Shown one piece after another: positions 1 to 10,006 of a stretch of DNA of 64,000 nucleotides. Each line of letters starts with the position of its first letter. Position 1 is the stretch's first letter. Location of the stretch: positions 2,204 to 66,203 of the forward strand of contig DAOMNN010000006.1 of NCBI GenBank assembly GCA_035443825.1. Reading direction: 5' to 3'. This stretch comes from Rhodocyclaceae bacterium (GTDB lineage Bacteria; Pseudomonadota; Gammaproteobacteria; Burkholderiales; Rhodocyclaceae). The notes under the pieces were generated by a model, which was given only the letters and a program-made list of their open reading frames with translations, ran no database searches and had not been told where the DNA came from. The position numbers were made by a program, and so were the translations under genes.

Positions 1-273
1 CTGCGCAGCGGCGCGGTGCATCTGGCGGCGGTGCAGCAGAATATCGCGTATCGCAGGGAGCTGTATCCTGGAGACACCGTCGCGGTGCGCACCGGCGTGC
101 TCGAGATGCGTGACAAGGTACTGCGATTCAGGCATGAGTTGTTCGACACTGACGGCGGCGACATTGCGGCCGTGTGCGAGTTTACGGTGGTCTGTCTCGA
201 TCCGGCCGCGCGGCGTTCGCAGCCGTTCCCGGAAGCGGCGGCGGCGCGTGCGCGCGAACTGTTGATCGCGTGA
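1..273 (+). CDS. hot-dog fold (4HBT/YbgC-like) acyl-CoA thioesterase, C-terminal part; 5' end outside window
   Basis: Frame 1 is open from base 1 to TGA 271-273. The tail ...YRRELYPGDTVAVRTGVLEMRDKVLRFRHELF...TVVCLD resembles 4HBT-type thioesterases. Third codon positions are G/C-rich. Confidence 0.5.
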   Translation: MRSGAVHLAAVQQNIAYRRELYPGDTVAVRTGVLEMRDKVLRFRHELFDTDGGDIAAVCEFTVVCLDPAARRSQPFPEAAAARARELLIA

Positions 274-284
274 GGACGGGCGGG

Positions 285-602
285 ATGAAGATATTGCTTT
301 GGTGTGACGACCTGGTCATGCGTTTCAAGCTGGAAGCGGCGTGGAAGGCGGACGGCGCCACGATGTTGAAGAAGAACAGCAGCGAGACTCCGGCGTGCAT
401 CGTGATCGATCTTGCCGGTCGCAACGCGCTGGCCAATATCGCCCAACTGCGTGCGCGACATCCGCAGGTCGACCTGATCGCCTTTGCGCCCGAATTCGAT
501 GCCGAACTCTTCGCCGCGGCGGAGGAGGCCGGAGCGACGGATCTGGCCGCACGCGGCTCGGTCATCGAGCGGGTATCACGCCGCCTGCGTCGTGCCGGTT
601 GA
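285..602 (+). CDS. short CheY-like receiver-fold protein (105 aa, atypical)
   Basis: ATG at 285 lies inside the 174..602 ORF. MKILLWCDD... and ...ACIVIDLAG... match the acidic pocket and phospho-acceptor positions of receiver domains, but the protein is shorter than a canonical receiver. Confidence 0.45.
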   Translation: MKILLWCDDLVMRFKLEAAWKADGATMLKKNSSETPACIVIDLAGRNALANIAQLRARHPQVDLIAFAPEFDAELFAAAEEAGATDLAARGSVIERVSRRLRRAG

Positions 603-758
603 AACGCAACGACGCAACGGAGCCGTGGTCGGTCGCCGCGGGTCGATCACGGGAAGCGCGCAATATTCCCTTGTTCTCGTCCATCATTTGACGCAATGAT
701 CCTCTGATCGCGCGGCCTCCAGTTCGCGGCGCGCCCGCGCAAGCAAGGGAGAACCGGG

Positions 759-3281
759 ATGATTGGTGACTCGGCGAGGAGTGGCACGGCCGAACGTCGC
801 CGCCTCGAAGCGGCGAAGATCGCCTTGGTCTATGCGGGTTTCGGTGCCCTGTGGATCATGTTTTCGGACACGCTTCTGTACCAGCTCGTAGGTCAGGACG
901 CATCGACGTTGGCGCGGATGCAGACCTTCAAGGGGTGGTTCTTCATCGGGATCACCGCAGTCCTGCTGTATCTCCTGATCCGGCGGGCGATGGCCGCCGA
1001 GTCGAGGATTGCCGAGCGGCTGCTCGAGAGCGAATCGCGCTTTCAGGCGATCTTCGACGGGGTCAACGACCCGATCTTCCTGCATGACCCGCAGACCGGC
1101 CGGATCCTCGACGTCAACGCCAGGGCGTGTGAACTGTACGGCTATTCCCGCGAGGAACTGTGCGACCGCCAGGTGGCGGACCTGAGCTCGAATGTCCCTC
1201 CATACACTCAGGCCGATGCGCTGCAATGGTTCGATCAGGTGCGGCGGGGGGAGAACCCGGTGTTCGAATGGCACGGGCGACACAGTGCCGGCCACCTGTT
1301 CTGGCTCGAAGTGAACATGTGCCGCGCCGATATCGGCGACCGACCGCTGGTGCTGGCGACAGTGCGCAACATCGAGGAGCGCAAGCGTGTCGAGGCGGAA
1401 CTCAGGCGCAGCGAAGAGAACCTTAACCGCGCCCAGGCGGTGGCCCAGGTCGGCAGCTGGTTTCTGGACATCCCGGCTGACCGGCTGGAGTGGTCGGAGC
1501 AGAGTTACCGGATCTTCGGCGTGCCGCCCGGCCGGACGCTAACGGCTCAGGATTTCACCGGCTGCGTCCATCCGGACGACCTGGAGTCCCTGGCGACGGC
1601 ATGGCAATCGGCACTCGAAGGGAAGTCCTACGACTTTGAGCATCGCATCCTTGCCGGTAACGAAGTCAAGTGGGTGCGCGAACGCGCCGAGGTTCGTTTC
1701 GATGCGGAGGGGCGCCCGGTCGAGGCCCTGGGCACGGTGCAGGACATTACCGAACGGCGCCTGCTCGAAGATGCGCAGCGTCAGCTCCTGAAGCACCTGG
1801 ATACCGTGGCGAACGCCTCGCCAGTGCTGTTCTGGACCTCGGACATCGACAAGGGCTGCAACTGGTTCAATCAGCGTTGGCTGGAGTTCACCGGCCACAC
1901 TCTGGAAGAGGAAGCGGGAGACGGCTGGACCCGAGGAGTTCACCCGGATGACCTCGACCTTTGCATGAAGGTCTATCTGCAGTCCTTCGATCATCGGAAA
2001 CCGTTCTCGATGGAGTATCGGTTGCGCCGGGCGGACGGCGCATACCGCTGGCTTCTCGGCCGCGGCATGCCGCGATATGACGCCGACGGACAATTCGTCG
2101 GATTCATCGGATCATGTCTCGACATCAGCAGTGAACGCCAGGCGCTGGAGGCACTGTGGGAGTCCGAGGAGCGTCTGCGCCTTGCACTGCAGGCCGCCGG
2201 TCAGGGTCTTTTCGATGCTGACGTCGCTAGCGGACGCATGACCGTCAGCCCCGAGTACGCGCGCATGCTCGGTTACGATCCGGCCGGTTTCGTCGAGGAT
2301 CGGGAATCGTGGGGCGCACGAATTCATCCCGAGGACCGCGACCGAGTGGCGGAGACGCTCGACCGGTATCTGAAGGGCGAGCTGGACGAGTATCGCATCG
2401 AGTTCCGGTTGCGCATGGCATCCGGCGCATGGAAATGGGTTCTGTCGGTCGGGGGGGTGGTGGAGCACGCTGCGGATGGAAGCCCGTTGCGCATGATCGG
2501 CACGCATACCGACATTTCGGCGCGCAAGCAGGCCGAGGAAGAGCTTCAGGGCCTGAACGCGGAACTCGAGCAGCGCGTCGCGGAGCGCACTGCGCAACTC
2601 GAGGCCGCAAACCGGGAACTCGAATCCTTCTCCTACTCCGTGTCGCATGACCTCAAGGCACCGCTGCGCGGTATCGACGGCTACAGCCAGATCCTGATCG
2701 AGGACTACCACGACAGGCTCGACGACGACGGGCGTCACCTTGTGGGAAACATCCGGCACGGTGTGGCCCAGATGCATCAGCTGATCGAGGACATGCTTGC
2801 CTATTCGCGCATGGAGCGGCGCACGCTGGAGGCCCGTCGCGTCGATCTGCAGGCACTGGTGGCCGCGGTCGTGGCGGGCAGGAACGCCGATGAAGGCGCG
2901 CGAACCATCGTGATCGATCAGCAGGTTCCGCAGCTCGAATGCCACTGTGACCGGGATGGCCTGACGCTGGTGCTGCGCAACCTGCTCGAGAACGCGCTCA
3001 AATTCACGCGGGAGCGCAGCGAAGCCCGCATCGAGATCGGTGCCCGACAGGAGGCCGGGCAGGTTTTGTTGTGGGTCAGGGACAACGGGATTGGCTTCGA
3101 CATGCAGTACCATGACACGATATTCGACATGTTCCAGCGCCTTCACCGCGCCGAGGACTATCCGGGGACCGGTGTGGGGCTTGCCCTGGTGAAAAAGGCG
3201 ATGAACCGCATGGGTGGCCGGACATGGGCCGAGAGCGCGCCTGGCGAGGGTGCCACCTTTTACCTGGAGTTGCCGCAATGA
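759..3281 (+). CDS. membrane-anchored multi-PAS sensor histidine kinase
   Basis: 840 aa with two N-terminal hydrophobic segments, then several PAS-like repeats and a coiled coil. H-box SYSVSHDLKAPLRGIDGY, N-box LLENALKF, G-boxes DNGIGFD and GTGVGLALV. Confidence 0.95.
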   Translation: MIGDSARSGTAERRRLEAAKIALVYAGFGALWIMFSDTLLYQLVGQDASTLARMQTFKGWFFIGITAVLLYLLIRRAMAAESRIAERLLESESRFQAIFDGVNDPIFLHDPQTGRILDVNARACELYGYSREELCDRQVADLSSNVPPYTQADALQWFDQVRRGENPVFEWHGRHSAGHLFWLEVNMCRADIGDRPLVLATVRNIEERKRVEAELRRSEENLNRAQAVAQVGSWFLDIPADRLEWSEQSYRIFGVPPGRTLTAQDFTGCVHPDDLESLATAWQSALEGKSYDFEHRILAGNEVKWVRERAEVRFDAEGRPVEALGTVQDITERRLLEDAQRQLLKHLDTVANASPVLFWTSDIDKGCNWFNQRWLEFTGHTLEEEAGDGWTRGVHPDDLDLCMKVYLQSFDHRKPFSMEYRLRRADGAYRWLLGRGMPRYDADGQFVGFIGSCLDISSERQALEALWESEERLRLALQAAGQGLFDADVASGRMTVSPEYARMLGYDPAGFVEDRESWGARIHPEDRDRVAETLDRYLKGELDEYRIEFRLRMASGAWKWVLSVGGVVEHAADGSPLRMIGTHTDISARKQAEEELQGLNAELEQRVAERTAQLEAANRELESFSYSVSHDLKAPLRGIDGYSQILIEDYHDRLDDDGRHLVGNIRHGVAQMHQLIEDMLAYSRMERRTLEARRVDLQALVAAVVAGRNADEGARTIVIDQQVPQLECHCDRDGLTLVLRNLLENALKFTRERSEARIEIGARQEAGQVLLWVRDNGIGFDMQYHDTIFDMFQRLHRAEDYPGTGVGLALVKKAMNRMGGRTWAESAPGEGATFYLELPQ

Positions 3282-3709
3282 CGACGGAAGACCTGCCACC
3301 GCCGATCCTGCTGGTCGAAGACAATCCGGTCGATCTCGACCTGACCCGGCGGGCGTTCAGGCGTCGGCGCTTCCTCAATCCCATCGAGGTTGCTCGCGAC
3401 GGAGAGGAGGCTCTGGCATACATGCCACGTTGGGAGGCGGGGGAGCCACTGCCGGCGGTCATCCTGCTCGACATCAAGTTGCCCAAGGTCAATGGCCTCG
3501 AGGTCCTGAGGCGGTTCAAGGTCCACCCCGAATTCAGACGCATTCCGGTGGTCATGCTCACCTCGTCGGACGAGAACACCGACCTCCGGACCGCCTACGA
3601 TCTGGGGGTCAATTCCTACATCGTCAAACCGGTGGACTTCGGCAAGTTCATGCATGTGGCCGAACAGATCGAACTTTACTGGTGCGTGCTCAACAAGGGT
3701 GCACGGTGA
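3278..3709 (+). CDS. single-domain response regulator (CheY-like)
   Basis: ATG 3278 overlaps the kinase stop (ATGA). LLVEDNPVDLDL, VILLDIKLPKVNG, VVMLTSS and YIVKP give the receiver signature residues. No output domain. Confidence 0.9.
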   Translation: MTTEDLPPPILLVEDNPVDLDLTRRAFRRRRFLNPIEVARDGEEALAYMPRWEAGEPLPAVILLDIKLPKVNGLEVLRRFKVHPEFRRIPVVMLTSSDENTDLRTAYDLGVNSYIVKPVDFGKFMHVAEQIELYWCVLNKGAR

Positions 3710-3757
3710 TCGTTCTCCCTTGATCGGCATCTCCCGGCCGGTCGGTGCCGGGCCCCT

Positions 3758-5914
3758 TCAGAAGCGGTAGTCGATACCCAGGCCGCCATACCAGCTGCGT
3801 GTCGGACCCGGTTCGTAGTAGCGCTGCTGTCCCTGTCCGACGATGACGGACCCTACATGCGGGCGGTCGAACACATTGTCGAGCCGCAGGAACTGGCTGA
3901 AGGTCCATGACCCTTGCACCTGTTGCGCTGCAAGTCGGAGGTTCAGCAGTGCATGGGCGGGCGCGGGCTTCGCCCGGTTGAGATCCTCCACCTGGACCCT
4001 GCCGCGATAAAGGGCTTCGCCCGCGAGCGTAAGACCGGCAATCGGCTGCCAGGCCAGTTCGACGAAAGCGGTGGTTGCGGGAATGCCCGGAATGCGATTG
4101 CCGCTTGCCACCGTGTTCGGGATGCCGCTGACGGAGATGTCGAAGTCCGCGTCGTAGCGTGCACGCAACAGGGTCAGCGAACCACGTGTGCTGAGCGTGG
4201 GCCCAAGCTCCGATTCGAACGACAGTTCGACGCCGCGGCGCGACGTCCGGGCCGCGTTGCGAAAACTGGTGCGGCCGCCGAGCGATTCTGCGACGACGAT
4301 CTCGTCGCGCGTACGGATTTCGAACAGCGCAAGATTGACGCGCGTCGCGTCGCCGATCAATGCCTTCAAGCCGATCTCGACCTGCCTGCTTCGCGCCGGT
4401 TTCAGATCGAAGTTGAAACCGGTGTCGGGTGTCGCGTAGGAAAGCTCGTTGAGGGTCGGAGTCTCGAAGCCGGTACCCGCGCTTGCGTACAGATTGACGG
4501 ACGGGTCGAATGCGTAGACGACACCGAACGCGGGCGTGGTCTGCCGGTAGCTTCGGCTGCCGCTGTCATCCGGGTTGCCCGCCGACACGAAGCGATCGTT
4601 CACCTTGAAGCGTACCCGCGACTGGCGCAGGCCCGCCGACCACTGCCACGGCCCTTGTTCCCAGACTGCCTGCAGGTAGGGATCGGCGCTTGTAACCGTA
4701 TTCGTCTCGTCGCGGCGAATCGCGCCCTTGACGCCTGAAGTGGTGCCGATGAAGTTCTCGAAGCCGCGTCGGTCGTCTTGCGATCGCTCGTAGTCGATTC
4801 CCGCGGTGACGATGAGGGCGGCGCTGCCGAGCGTGCGCTCGGCAATCCAGCGGGCGCCCAGGCCATGGAATCGCCTGTCGAAATCGACCACGCCGCCCGC
4901 ATGGCGGGGATTTGCCTGCGCCGCTGCAGGAATCGCCAGGTACTGGGTCACGCTGCGCTGTCCGGCGTGCGCCGAAAGCTGCAACCGGTCACGACCGAAG
5001 CGTCGCTCCCAGGTCGCACCTCCCTGTCCATGGGTGATGTCCTTGCGGGTGTCGAACTGCGTGGCAGCCGGTTCGACTGCGCGTGGGTCGCGCCTGAAAC
5101 TGGTCCAGAGCAGTCCCAGCGGGTCCTGGGTACGGGCCTGGCGCAGGCCGCTGGCGACGAACGTGAGCCTGCTGTCGAGGTCCGGTGCGAGCGTAAGCTT
5201 GACGAACGCCTGGTCGCGCCGTGCCTTGCTGTGGCGGCGATAGCCGTCCGTGTCGAAGCGCGAGGCATCGAGGACGAAGCCGATGCCGTTGGCTGATCCC
5301 TCCGCGCCGATACCGAACTTGGTCGTTCCCCAGGCGCCTGCCAGGGCATTCGCGCGCACTCGCGGATCGCCCATGCCGTTGCGCGAAAAGAGCTGGATCA
5401 CGCCGCCGGCATGGTTGCCATAGATGGTCGAGAAGGGTCCGCGAAGCACTTCGATGCGCTCGGCCGTGTCAAGGTTGAAGGTGGCCACCTGACCCTGGCC
5501 GTCCGGACTGGTGGCGGGAATGCCGTCGGCGATCAACTTGACGCCGCGTACTCCGAAGGCGGAACGCGAACCGAAGCCGCGAATCGAGATCTGAAGATCC
5601 TGGGCGAAATTGTGACGATTGTGCACGACCACACCGGGTATGCCTGTGAGCGCTTCGGAGGCATTCACGCCCAGATTGCCACGCCGAAACTCGCGCATGT
5701 CGACCACGTCGATCGAGAAGGGCTGCCCGAAGCTGTCGGCTTCGATCCGGCTGCCGGTGACCACCACCGGACTGAGCTGGACCGTGGTCGACTCGTCGAT
5801 TCCGCCCTCATCGGCGGTTGCGAAAAGGGGCATCGTGGCCAGCGCCAGCATCAACCCGTGCATCCTCCTGGCATCAACGATGGTGCGTGATTCAGTCTGA
5901 AGTCGGTCACTCAT
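3758..5914 (-). CDS. TonB-dependent outer-membrane receptor (substrate unknown)
   Basis: 718 aa with signal-like MHGLMLALATMPLFATA, plug motifs VVVTGSR and IEVLRGPFSTIYG, and a C-terminal aromatic end ...GLGIDYRF. Confidence 0.9.
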   Translation of the reverse strand: MSDRLQTESRTIVDARRMHGLMLALATMPLFATADEGGIDESTTVQLSPVVVTGSRIEADSFGQPFSIDVVDMREFRRGNLGVNASEALTGIPGVVVHNRHNFAQDLQISIRGFGSRSAFGVRGVKLIADGIPATSPDGQGQVATFNLDTAERIEVLRGPFSTIYGNHAGGVIQLFSRNGMGDPRVRANALAGAWGTTKFGIGAEGSANGIGFVLDASRFDTDGYRRHSKARRDQAFVKLTLAPDLDSRLTFVASGLRQARTQDPLGLLWTSFRRDPRAVEPAATQFDTRKDITHGQGGATWERRFGRDRLQLSAHAGQRSVTQYLAIPAAAQANPRHAGGVVDFDRRFHGLGARWIAERTLGSAALIVTAGIDYERSQDDRRGFENFIGTTSGVKGAIRRDETNTVTSADPYLQAVWEQGPWQWSAGLRQSRVRFKVNDRFVSAGNPDDSGSRSYRQTTPAFGVVYAFDPSVNLYASAGTGFETPTLNELSYATPDTGFNFDLKPARSRQVEIGLKALIGDATRVNLALFEIRTRDEIVVAESLGGRTSFRNAARTSRRGVELSFESELGPTLSTRGSLTLLRARYDADFDISVSGIPNTVASGNRIPGIPATTAFVELAWQPIAGLTLAGEALYRGRVQVEDLNRAKPAPAHALLNLRLAAQQVQGSWTFSQFLRLDNVFDRPHVGSVIVGQGQQRYYEPGPTRSWYGGLGIDYRF

Positions 5915-6039
5915 GGACTGGTGCTCCGGGCTCGTCCGATGGGGCGGACAAACGGTTTCGATTACGGATTCGTACTATGATATGAAGTAGCTTTCACAGG
6001 TTCGACCTGAAGCTGAACCCATAACGGAGGAGAAGATCG

Positions 6040-6516
6040 ATGTGGAAATCCCTGCACATTGATCCCGTGAAATGTACGGGCTGCCTGCAGTGCGAGATGG
6101 CGTGCTCGTATGAACACACCGGGGTCATGAATCCTGCCAAGTCCCTCATCAAGATATTCAATTTCGAACACGAAGGGCGCAAAGTCCCATACACCTGTAC
6201 GCAGTGCGCCGAAGCATGGTGCCTGAACGCCTGTCCCGTCGATGCGATCAGGGTGGACCTGAGCACCGGAGCGAAGATGGTGTTCGAGGACACCTGCGTG
6301 GGCTGCAAGGTTTGCACGATCGCCTGTCCGTTCGGAACGATCAACTACAACCAGGACAGCGGCAAGGTGCAGAAGTGCGATCTGTGCGAAGGCGATCCGG
6401 CCTGCGCGCGCGCCTGTCCCACCGGGGCGATCACCTACATCGACGCAAACTGGACCGGCTACGACCGCATGCAGGCTTGGGCCGCGAAAGCCAATACGCC
6501 CGCGGCTGCGGCATAA
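6040..6516 (+). CDS. aorA: poly-[4Fe-4S] ferredoxin-like electron-transfer subunit of aldehyde oxidoreductase
   Basis: 158 aa with four Cys clusters: CTGCLQCEMAC, CTQCAEAWCLNACP, CVGCKVCTIACP, CDLCEGDPACARACP. GGAGGAG RBS upstream. Confidence 0.9.
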   Translation: MWKSLHIDPVKCTGCLQCEMACSYEHTGVMNPAKSLIKIFNFEHEGRKVPYTCTQCAEAWCLNACPVDAIRVDLSTGAKMVFEDTCVGCKVCTIACPFGTINYNQDSGKVQKCDLCEGDPACARACPTGAITYIDANWTGYDRMQAWAAKANTPAAAA

Positions 6517-6527
6517 GGAGGAACATC

Positions 6528-8375
6528 ATGGGATGGAACAGAAAAGTCCTGCGGGTGAACCTCACGGCAGGCACCTGCACTGAAGAACCCTTGAACATGG
6601 AGTGGGCGCAGGAATACCTCGGGTCGCGCGGTCTTGCGACCAGGTATCTCGTGTCCGAGATCGACCCCAAGGTCGATCCGCTGTCCGCCGAGAACAAGAT
6701 GATCATGGCGACCGGTCCCCTGACCGGCACGATGGCTTCGACCGGCGGACGCTATACGGTGGTCACCAAGGGCCCGCTAACGGGCGCGATCGCGTGCTCG
6801 AATTCGGGTGGTTACTTCGGCGCCGAGATGAAGTTCGCGGGCTGGGACATGATCATCTTCGAGGGCCGTTCGCCCAAGCCGGTATATCTCTTCGTCGAGA
6901 ACGAAAAGGCGGAGCTTCGCGATGCCTCGCACCTGTGGGGCAAGAGCTGCTGGGAGACCGAGGAAACCATCAAGAAACAGCATCAGGACCCGCAGATCCG
7001 GATCTCCTCGATCGGGGCCGCGGGCGAGAACAAGGTGCTGTTCGCGTGCGTGGTGAATGACCTGCATCGGGCCGCCGGGCGCTCTGGCGTCGGCGCGGTG
7101 ATGGGGTCGAAGAACCTCAAGGCGGTCGCGTTGCGTGGCACCCTTGGTGTCGCCGGCATCAAGGATTTCCCCGGCTTCATGAAGGCGACCAGCGAGGCCA
7201 AGAAGGTGCTCGCGGACAATGCGGTCACCGGGCAGGGTCTTCCCAAGTTCGGCACCCAAGTGCTGATGAACGTGATCAACGAAATCGGTGCGCTGCCTAC
7301 GCGCAACCACCGTGACGTGCAGTTCGAGGATGCGTCGAAGATTTCGGCCGAGGCGATGCACGAGAAGCGTGCGAGTGACGGCAAGACGCATCTGATCACG
7401 AATGCCGCGTGCTTCGGGTGCACGATCGCCTGTGGACGGATTTCGCAGATCGATCAGAACCACTTCACCGTCAAGAACAATCCCAAGTACTGGGGCGCTT
7501 CGGGCGGCCTCGAGTACGAAGCCGCGTGGGCGCTTGGCGCGGCCAATGGGGTGGGTGACCTCGAGGCGCTGCAGTACGCGAACCTGATCTGCAACGAACA
7601 TGGCATGGATCCGATCTCCTTCGGTGCGACCGTCGGGGCGGCGATGGAACTTTACGAGATGGGCGTGCTGAGCAAGGAGCAGATCGGCATGGATGCGCCG
7701 TTCGGCTCGGCCGAGACGCTGGCCAAGATGGTCGAATTGACGGCCGCGGGCGAGGGCTTCGGCAAGGAACTTGCGCTCGGGTCGAAGCGTTTGTGCGAGA
7801 AGTACGGCCATCCGGAACTTTCGATGAGCGTGAAGGGCCAGGAATTCCCCGCCTACGATTCGCGTGCAATCCAGGGCATGGGCCTGGCCTATGCGACCTC
7901 GAACCGCGGTGCCTGCCATTTGCGCGGCTACACGGTGGCGTCCGAAGTGCTTGGCATTCCGGTCAAGACCGATCCGCTCGTGACCGAAGGCAAGGCCGAC
8001 CTGGTCAAGGCCTTCCAGGATGCCACTGCGGTGTTCGACTCTGCCGGCATCTGTGTGTTCACCTCCTTTGCATGGACCCTGGCCGATGTCCAGCCACAGC
8101 TTGCGACCGCCTGCGAGGGTGACTGGAGCATGGACAAGCTCAACGAGGTGGGCGAGCGCATCTGGAACATGGAGCGTCAGTTCAACAACGCGGCCGGATT
8201 CACGCACAAGGACGACAACCTGCCACCGCGCCTCACCACCGAACCGGCCAAGACCGGGCCGGCCAAGGGTCTGGTGAACGGTCTCGACAAGATGCTGCCT
8301 GAGTACTACAAGGTGCGCGGCTGGACGTCCGAAGGACAACCGACCGCGGAGACACTGTCGCGTCTGGGGCTTTGA
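6528..8375 (+). CDS. aorB: tungsten-containing aldehyde:ferredoxin oxidoreductase family catalytic subunit
   Basis: ATG 6528 is preceded by AAGGAGG; 615 aa. MGWNRKVLRVNLT..., GSRGLATRYL, CFGCTIACGR, NRGACHLRGY and DSAGICVF are typical of the AOR family. The listed 6204 start is a frame artefact running through aorA. Confidence 0.92.
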   Translation: MGWNRKVLRVNLTAGTCTEEPLNMEWAQEYLGSRGLATRYLVSEIDPKVDPLSAENKMIMATGPLTGTMASTGGRYTVVTKGPLTGAIACSNSGGYFGAEMKFAGWDMIIFEGRSPKPVYLFVENEKAELRDASHLWGKSCWETEETIKKQHQDPQIRISSIGAAGENKVLFACVVNDLHRAAGRSGVGAVMGSKNLKAVALRGTLGVAGIKDFPGFMKATSEAKKVLADNAVTGQGLPKFGTQVLMNVINEIGALPTRNHRDVQFEDASKISAEAMHEKRASDGKTHLITNAACFGCTIACGRISQIDQNHFTVKNNPKYWGASGGLEYEAAWALGAANGVGDLEALQYANLICNEHGMDPISFGATVGAAMELYEMGVLSKEQIGMDAPFGSAETLAKMVELTAAGEGFGKELALGSKRLCEKYGHPELSMSVKGQEFPAYDSRAIQGMGLAYATSNRGACHLRGYTVASEVLGIPVKTDPLVTEGKADLVKAFQDATAVFDSAGICVFTSFAWTLADVQPQLATACEGDWSMDKLNEVGERIWNMERQFNNAAGFTHKDDNLPPRLTTEPAKTGPAKGLVNGLDKMLPEYYKVRGWTSEGQPTAETLSRLGL

Positions 8376-8467
8376 GTCCGTTCCGTGATCGCCCGGCCGG
8401 TTCGGCCGGGCGCACTGGCGGCGCGCGATCGCGGGCCGCAGGTCTTGTGGTCAAGTGAGGAGTTCCG

Positions 8468-9742
8468 ATGAAACACCTTGTGCTCGGCAATGGCCCCGCC
8501 GGGGTCGTGGCGGTCGAGGCGTTGCGCAACGCGGCGCCGAATGACGAAATCGTCATGGTCGGCGGCGAGGATGCGCCGCCCTATTCGCGCATGGCGATTC
8601 CCTATCTGCTCGAAGACAACATCGACGAATCCGGCACCTATCTGCGCAAGGTGCCGGGCCATTTCGAGGCACTGCGCGTGCGCGAGCTGCGGGGTCGCGC
8701 GGTGTCGCTCGACACCAATGCGAAGCGCGTGCAATTCAAGGACGGCCGTTTCGAGGACTACGACCGCCTGCTGATTGCGACCGGCTCGCATCCGGTGCGC
8801 CCGCCGATTCCCGGCATCGATCTTCCCGAGGTGCAGACGTGCTGGACCCTCGAGGACGCGCGGGCGATCGCACGTCTGGCCGGACCGGGTTCGCGCGTAT
8901 TGCAGCTTGGCGCGGGCTTCATCGGCTGCATCATCATGGAGTCTCTTGCCGCGCGCGGCGTCAAGCTCACCGTGGTCGAGATGGGCGACCGGATGGTGCC
9001 GAGGATGATGACGCCGAAGGCGGGCGAAATGATCAAGACCTGGGTCGAGGACAAGGGAATCCGCGTGCTGACTTCCGCCAGCGTCGAACGCATCGAACGG
9101 CAGGAAGGTGGCGATGCACCCTTGGCGGTGAAGCTTTCCACGGGCGACTCGATCGCATGCGATCTGGTCATCGTTGCGGCCGGGGTGGCCCCGAACACGG
9201 GTTTTCTCGACGGTACCGGAGTGACGGTCGGGAAGGGCGTGCTGGTGGATGAGCGCATGCAGACCAGCGTGCCGGACATCTACGCCGCAGGCGATGTGGC
9301 CGAAGCGCCGGAGCTGCTGACGGGGGCACCCATGGTTGCCGCGATACAGCCCAATGCGGCCGATCAGGCACGCGTGGCGGCGCTCAACATGGCAGGGCGG
9401 GAGAACCGCATGAAGGGCGTGCTGGCGATCAACGTGCTCAATACCCTCGGCCTGATTTCATCGTCGTTCGGACAGTGGTGGGGCGAGAAGGCACAGAGCG
9501 GCGGCAGTGGCGTCGAACTCGTCGATGAGCACGCCTACCGTTATCTCAGCCTGCAGTTCCGGGACGACGTAATGATCGGCGCCACGGCGATCGGTCTGAC
9601 CCAGCACGTCGGCGCGCTGCGCGGGCTGATCCAGGGGCAGGTTCGCCTCGGGCCGTGGAAGGATCGTCTGCTCGCCTCGCCGATGCAGTTCGTCGATGCC
9701 TACGTGGCGCGAAGCCAGCAGCCGCAGGCACTGGCGCGCTGA
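8468..9742 (+). CDS. aorC: FAD-dependent pyridine-nucleotide oxidoreductase subunit
   Basis: 424 aa with two dinucleotide-binding folds, LVLGNGPAGV and LQLGAGFIGCI, plus YAAGDVAE. GAGGAG RBS upstream. Confidence 0.9.
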   Translation: MKHLVLGNGPAGVVAVEALRNAAPNDEIVMVGGEDAPPYSRMAIPYLLEDNIDESGTYLRKVPGHFEALRVRELRGRAVSLDTNAKRVQFKDGRFEDYDRLLIATGSHPVRPPIPGIDLPEVQTCWTLEDARAIARLAGPGSRVLQLGAGFIGCIIMESLAARGVKLTVVEMGDRMVPRMMTPKAGEMIKTWVEDKGIRVLTSASVERIERQEGGDAPLAVKLSTGDSIACDLVIVAAGVAPNTGFLDGTGVTVGKGVLVDERMQTSVPDIYAAGDVAEAPELLTGAPMVAAIQPNAADQARVAALNMAGRENRMKGVLAINVLNTLGLISSSFGQWWGEKAQSGGSGVELVDEHAYRYLSLQFRDDVMIGATAIGLTQHVGALRGLIQGQVRLGPWKDRLLASPMQFVDAYVARSQQPQALAR

Positions 9743-9751
9743 GTCCGGAAA

Positions 9752-10003
9752 ATGAAAATCGCCCTCAAGCTGTATGCGTCGCTGACCGACCTTCTTCCGC
9801 CGGAGCGGATCGGGAACCGCCTCGATGTCGAGGTGCCGGCGGGTACGACCGTGTCCGACATGGTCGTGCGTTATCGTGTGCCGGAGCGTAGCGCCCACCT
9901 GGTGCTCATCAACGGGGTGTTCGTGTCGCCCGAGCAGCGTGCGACGCGCGAGCTCGCCGATGGTGACGAACTCGCGATCTGGCCGCCGATTGCCGGCGGA
10001 TGA
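9752..10003 (+). CDS. aorD: MoaD/ThiS-like small sulfur-carrier-type protein (C-terminal Gly-Gly)
   Basis: 83 aa, the size of a beta-grasp fold, ending ...DELAIWPPIAGG. Starts 10 nt after aorC. Confidence 0.8.
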   Translation: MKIALKLYASLTDLLPPERIGNRLDVEVPAGTTVSDMVVRYRVPERSAHLVLINGVFVSPEQRATRELADGDELAIWPPIAGG

Positions 10004-10006
10004 GGC

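Noticed and set aside
6777-8339. 520-aa ORF antisense to the AOR catalytic gene. Similar long antisense ORFs include 49225-51903 (892 aa, opposite pepN), 45421-47790 (789 aa, opposite the P-type ATPase), 23873-25264 (opposite valS), 18051-19307, 39790-41136, 53490-55169 and 10227-11327.
   Set aside because: - Their products are Arg/Pro/Gly/Ala/His-rich low-complexity strings with no recognisable motifs.
- The opposite strand encodes full-length, motif-complete members of well-known families.
- Long open antisense frames are expected in DNA this GC-rich.
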